Below, in pieces: positions 20,734 through 24,922 of a stretch of DNA of 24,922 bases. The notes under the pieces are model-generated. The model made no database searches, was not told the DNA's origin, and was given only the letters and a program-made list of their open reading frames with translations. Source of the stretch: Blastocystis sp. subtype 4 (lineage: Eukaryota). A program made the position numbers and the translations under genes. The number at the start of each line of letters is the position of its first letter. The stretch's first letter is position 1. The stretch is taken from the NCBI RefSeq assembly GCF_000743755.1, contig NW_014569538.1, positions 62,001-86,922 of the forward strand. Direction: 5' to 3'.

Positions 20734-21820
20734 TTAACAGAAGCAACCACGTTTTCCTACCTTTTCATATTTTCCAGTTGCCACATTACAACGAACAATA
20801 CCATCATCATACAAATCATCAGTAAACTCACCTTCAGCAATTAATAATCCTTCTTCATTATTAAACTTGCCATTCCCGTTTGCCTTATCATTCTTCCAAT
20901 CACCTTCATACTTCAACACATGATTCGCATAATAGCTGCATCCATAACCATCTCGTTGTCCTTTCACAAAATCACCATTATACACAATAACACCATCAAT
21001 ATATTGCTTTCCTTTTCCTTCAGCAGGATATCCTGCTTCACGATTGTTCTTATAACCACCTTCATAACACTTCTTTCCATTCACATCATACAATACAATC
21101 ACTTTATCTTTGAATTCTTTCACTTTACGAATGACAATTCCATCTTCATATACACTCTCATTTGTAGGCTTTCCATCCTCATCATATTCAACACCCAAAC
21201 CATTTCGAATCATAGAACCCTCTTTATATCCTCCAATAAATTTCACTTTTCCATTATCATCCTCTTCTGTTAGTTCTTTCACTCCATTCTTGTTCTCAGA
21301 GATAAACTTATGTCCTGGTTTTCCATCTACCCACTCACCTTCAAATTTAATTTCATTGTTCTCTCCATATTCAATTCCATATCCATTACGAACGTCATTC
21401 TCATAATTGCCATCATACACCTTATAGCCCTTAACATACTCTGTACAATGACCACATCGATATCCATTCTTCCACATTCCTTTGAAGATTACCTGACCGT
21501 TCGAATACAACGTACCTTCTCCTTCTACCACATCATCATTAAAGAACAGTTTCATAGCAATAATAGAGCCAGAGTCTAAAAGAATACCTTCTCCCGACTT
21601 CTTTCCATCCACCCAAGTACACTCCAAAGTATACTCTTCTCCATCCTTTTCAAACTTCTGCTCACCTTTTCCTTGCTTCTTTCCGTCAATAATTGGCACA
21701 TTACATTCCTTCTCCTTATATCCATCGAAGATCCGGTTCTGATAAGTTGTTCCAATAACTATACATCACACTACCTTTATAACATGAACTGCTATCTAAA
21801 TCAAAAGTAATTCCATCCAT
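20734..21820 (-). CDS. MORN-repeat protein ending in KRGCFC, 1 intron
   Basis: Repeated Y/F-x-G-x-W/F/Y-x-x-G-x-R-x-G-x-G units. ATG at 21820 with a 31-nt GT-AG intron joins in frame to ORF 21699-20734. Confidence 0.85.
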
Positions 21821-21894
21821 ACTTATTTGAACTCCTAGATAACGGTTGCAATAATCTACTGCTAGAAGAAGTGGAAAACCGTGGTATTATTTCT

Positions 21895-21902
21895 AACAAA
21901 CA
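21895..21902 (-). terminator. TGTTTGTT 3'-end motif of the fucosyltransferase-like gene
   Basis: Perfect motif starting 5 nt after the TAA stop (21910-21908). Confidence 0.7.
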
Positions 21903-21907
21903 AACGA

Positions 21908-23256
21908 TTATTCCTTTAGTTTCTTCCAATCTCCTTTCATTATTTGAATACGTTTCATCCTTGGACTCCGATTCACTGCCAGAATACCAAAAGTACTCTT
22001 TGCAGTGATAATAGCCTCATCAACAGCAGACAATAGATAACTATCATATAAAGCGCATAATAGACCAGAAGAACGAACATTTCGTTCCAAATCCTTATTT
22101 GAGTGAGAAAGAGTACACGAATTTGTCATGAAGTACTTTGGATATGTTTTACTCAACTTTGCTTTCACCATCCGATTATCACATGCCACATACCATTTAA
22201 CAGGTTTTGTCGTCATATTCATTGCTTTCTCCGTCTGAATGAGAGCGTATCGACTGAAGAGATCAATGTCTCGGACCTCGAGGAAATGATTCGGAGCATC
22301 CTTAATTCCAAGTTTACCAGTTCGGATCTGAATCCCAATAATATAGTAATCATCCCAATGCAATTTCTTTTTGACAGCTATGACTCCCTCTGCAATGTCT
22401 GGTTGCAGCTTAATAACCTGATTGTATAGAAAACTGTAAACAGTTTTGCGAATATCCGCACCCGACTTCAGATGAGGATGGAGAATGAAACCATTGCGAT
22501 CCAAGAACGGCCAAAACTCTTCATTAAAGCATATATAATCTGTCAGTTTGCAAGTTGTTCTTAAAACAACAAACTGCTTTGTCGAATGAAGAATCTCTTC
22601 TGGAGTATTATGACACGTTTCATCAGATCCTATATAATCCGATTTCAAAAATGCTAGAAATTGATGGTAATTAACAATCCTACCATCATCATCATAAATG
22701 TAGTCATTGAATGGGAGACTGAAGTACTTATCAAATGAATTCCATTTGTATACTAGTCCTTTATACTATTTCCATGTAACTACGATAGAAACGACGATTG
22801 GTTAAAAATGAGACAAGAATTGCTTCTGCTAATACCGCCATGTTGTTTCCCAAACCAGAGAAGATAGGATACAAGATTAGAACTCGATCATTTCCACCTC
22901 CATTCTTCGTATTCTCCTTCTGCTGCTGGACCAGGGTCTCTAGGAAATGCAAACGCAGTCTCTCCTTCTTTTCCAGTCTCTCCTCATACGTCTCCTCATT
23001 CTCTGATTCGGCATGGATAATACTGGAAATAGTGTCTATACGTTAGATCTAACATAGTATTCACACTATTTGTAGAAATGACACGATCAATATGACCCAT
23101 GTTTACGTAGTCAGCAGGCGCTATTACCTTCTTCCTAGAACTATTCCAAAGTTCTTTGATCGTCCCAGAAACATTCGGAAGAATGAACACATATTGAACA
23201 ACAAAGAGAGTTGAAATCAACAGGAGCACTATCAAAAGTGATTTTGCTCTCTTCAT
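21908..23256 (-). CDS. Type II membrane fucosyltransferase-like glycosyltransferase (GT-B; GT37/GT11/GT23-like motifs), 3 introns
   Basis: N-terminal signal-anchor, followed by SGLGN, IGIQIRTG (motif I), WYVACD (motif II) and D..LLS..DEAIITAKSTFG (motif III). Confidence 0.7.
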
Positions 23257-23278
23257 TCAGCGATCTTAAATCACACCG

Positions 23279-23286
23279 AACAAACA
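23279..23286 (-). terminator. TGTTTGTT 3'-end motif of DDX47
   Basis: Perfect motif 16 nt downstream of the stop and only 22 nt upstream of the next gene's ATG. Confidence 0.7.
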
Positions 23287-23302
23287 GAATACATAAATGA
23301 CT

Positions 23303-24697
23303 TTACCTTCTCCCCTTTCTCCCTTTTCCTCCTTTTCTCTTTTCTCTACCAGCGAAGGACTCCACAACCTCATCCTCATTATCACCAATATCTTTGCTCC
23401 TATCTTTCTTATTATGTTTCTTCTCTTCTTCTCTCATCTGCTGTAATGCAATGCGCTGTGCTTCCGTTACTCGCTCCAACAATACCAAAACCGTATTCTC
23501 ATCACAAGGATATGCCTCCAATTTCTTATCAATCAGCTTTTCAATTCGTTGATAGTTCTCCACATCATATTGTGTCACAAAACTGATAGCATGTCCTGAT
23601 CGACCAGCACGAGCAGTACGACCCACACGATGAATATAATCCTTTCCATTGCTCGGAATATCAAAGTTCAAAACAAAATCAACATCAGGAATATCCAGAC
23701 CTCGAGATGCAACATCAGTTGCTAGTAAGATGTTTCGAGAACCTCCCTTGAATTTGTTCAACGCTCCCAATCGCTTCTCCTGGGACATCTGACCATGTAA
23801 ACATACTGCCTTGAAACCTAGATTGCGAAGCATCAATGTCAGACGCTGCGCTGTTGAGCAGGTTGATACGAATATGATGATACTCTTACCACTGAATTCA
23901 TTCAAAATATACGCAAGATAGCAGTCTTTAAATTTGGCTGGAATGAACATATACTACATTTCATCATTGCTTGTTATTACCTACTTGTTGAATCAGAGTA
24001 CTTACAGTTTGATATTTCGAAGATACTTGAACCTTCACAGGATCTTTCAGTGAAGCTCTTTGCAGTTTCGCCACTTTCTGTGTCATAGTAGCCGAAAACA
24101 AATAGGTTCGTCGTTCTTTCGGAAGTACCTCAACAATTTTGTTGATCTCTTCTTCAAAATCCATTCCCAACATTCGATCGGCTTCATCGAGTACCAGGAA
24201 CTTAGTATTCTTGAGAGTGAAGCCCTATGATCATAAGTAATAGGCCAGACAAATACCTTTGTATTCTCTAAATGATCTACTAGACGACCAGGAGTTGCAA
24301 TGATCACATGAGGCTTTCGAGCCAACGCAAGTGCCTGCTGGACCATATCAACGCCTCCAACAATGACAGCTGTTTTCAGGCCGACAGATGCACCAAGAGC
24401 CTCAAACTGCTCGGAAATCTGAAAAGCCAATTCACGCGTTGGAGTAAGAACAAGTGCAAACAAACGCTGAGGATTATCAATCAAACGCTGAATAATAGGA
24501 ATAGCAAAGGCACCTGTCTTTCCTGAACCTGTTTCAGCTAGACCGATGATATCTCTTTCTTCAAAAGCATATTTCAGGCATTCCATCTGAATGGATGATG
24601 GCTTCTTCCAGCCTAAACTCTCGATTGTCTGACATAAGGTATCACAAACTCCAAAATCTCTAAATGACTTCTCTTCAGTATTCGACTGGCTATCCAT
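23303..24697 (-). CDS. DDX47: DEAD-box rRNA-processing helicase DDX47/Rrp3, 2 introns
   Basis: [47 protein letters not shown]...[49 protein letters not shown] and VTQYDVE. Confidence 0.95.
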
Positions 24698-24894
24698 GAC
24701 CTTCAAGACTGGAAAACTAATGGTTTTCAAGAAAAGGGAGAGGCGTTAGCCGCGATTCTACCATCATTTTGCCAGGGTGCGAATCCTGGCTTTTTGTTCA
24801 TACTACAGTGATTCTATAAATTTCACTTTTTGATTTCAGATAACTGAAGCATAATATTCAATAAACAATTACTTGAATCAACGTCATGTATCAC

Positions 24895-24902
24895 AACAAA
24901 CA
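24895..24902 (-). terminator. TGTTTGTT motif, probably the 3' end of a minus-strand gene lying beyond the window
   Basis: Perfect motif with a TAA at 24913-24911 upstream. The gene itself is not visible. Confidence 0.5.
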
Positions 24903-24922
24903 GCACAAGGTTAGATTTGTTT

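Noticed and set aside
24728..24750. Two 10-mers on the minus strand (GCTAACGCCT, CCTTTTCTTG) resembling my recollection of human U4atac
   Set aside because: They are in the wrong order with no intervening 5' stem-loop, and the plus strand lacks the U6atac internal stem-loop, so no snRNA was called.
1..24922. Many 60-135 aa ORFs antisense to or overlapping the genes; prokaryotic features (operons, CRISPR, IS elements)
   Set aside because: The short ORFs are shadows or exon fragments of the spliced genes. No repeat-spacer arrays, transposases or terminal repeats were seen, and the DNA is eukaryotic.

Overview
Eukaryotic, gene-dense nuclear DNA, almost certainly Blastocystis (stramenopile gut protist). 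This is inferred from ~28-38 nt introns in nearly every gene, very short intergenic gaps, and a TGTTTGTT-type motif just past the gene ends. Manual splicing gives 15 protein genes: the 3' end of a Q/P-rich gene, Rpn10, a HAT/TPR-like protein, AsnRS, a DDX28-like helicase, uL13m, ALG2, Vps16, a divergent CK2-alpha, two intronless degenerate Hsp70-like paralogs flanking a UXT prefoldin, a MORN protein, a fucosyltransferase-like protein and DDX47/Rrp3. There is also one tRNA-Ala(AGC). Main observations: (1) all five convergent gene pairs share a back-to-back pair of 3'-end motifs (offset -1 to +1 nt); (2) Rpn10 probably gets its stop codon from polyadenylation, and several other genes have essentially no 3' UTR; (3) a probable non-canonical GA-AG intron in CK2-alpha; (4) a candidate U12-type AT-AC intron; (5) a pseudo-Hsp70 family, one member fused to a polyproline tract; (6) a candidate small structured RNA near the right end. 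All exon structures were derived by eye and need RNA-seq confirmation. No mobile elements or CRISPR arrays were seen.
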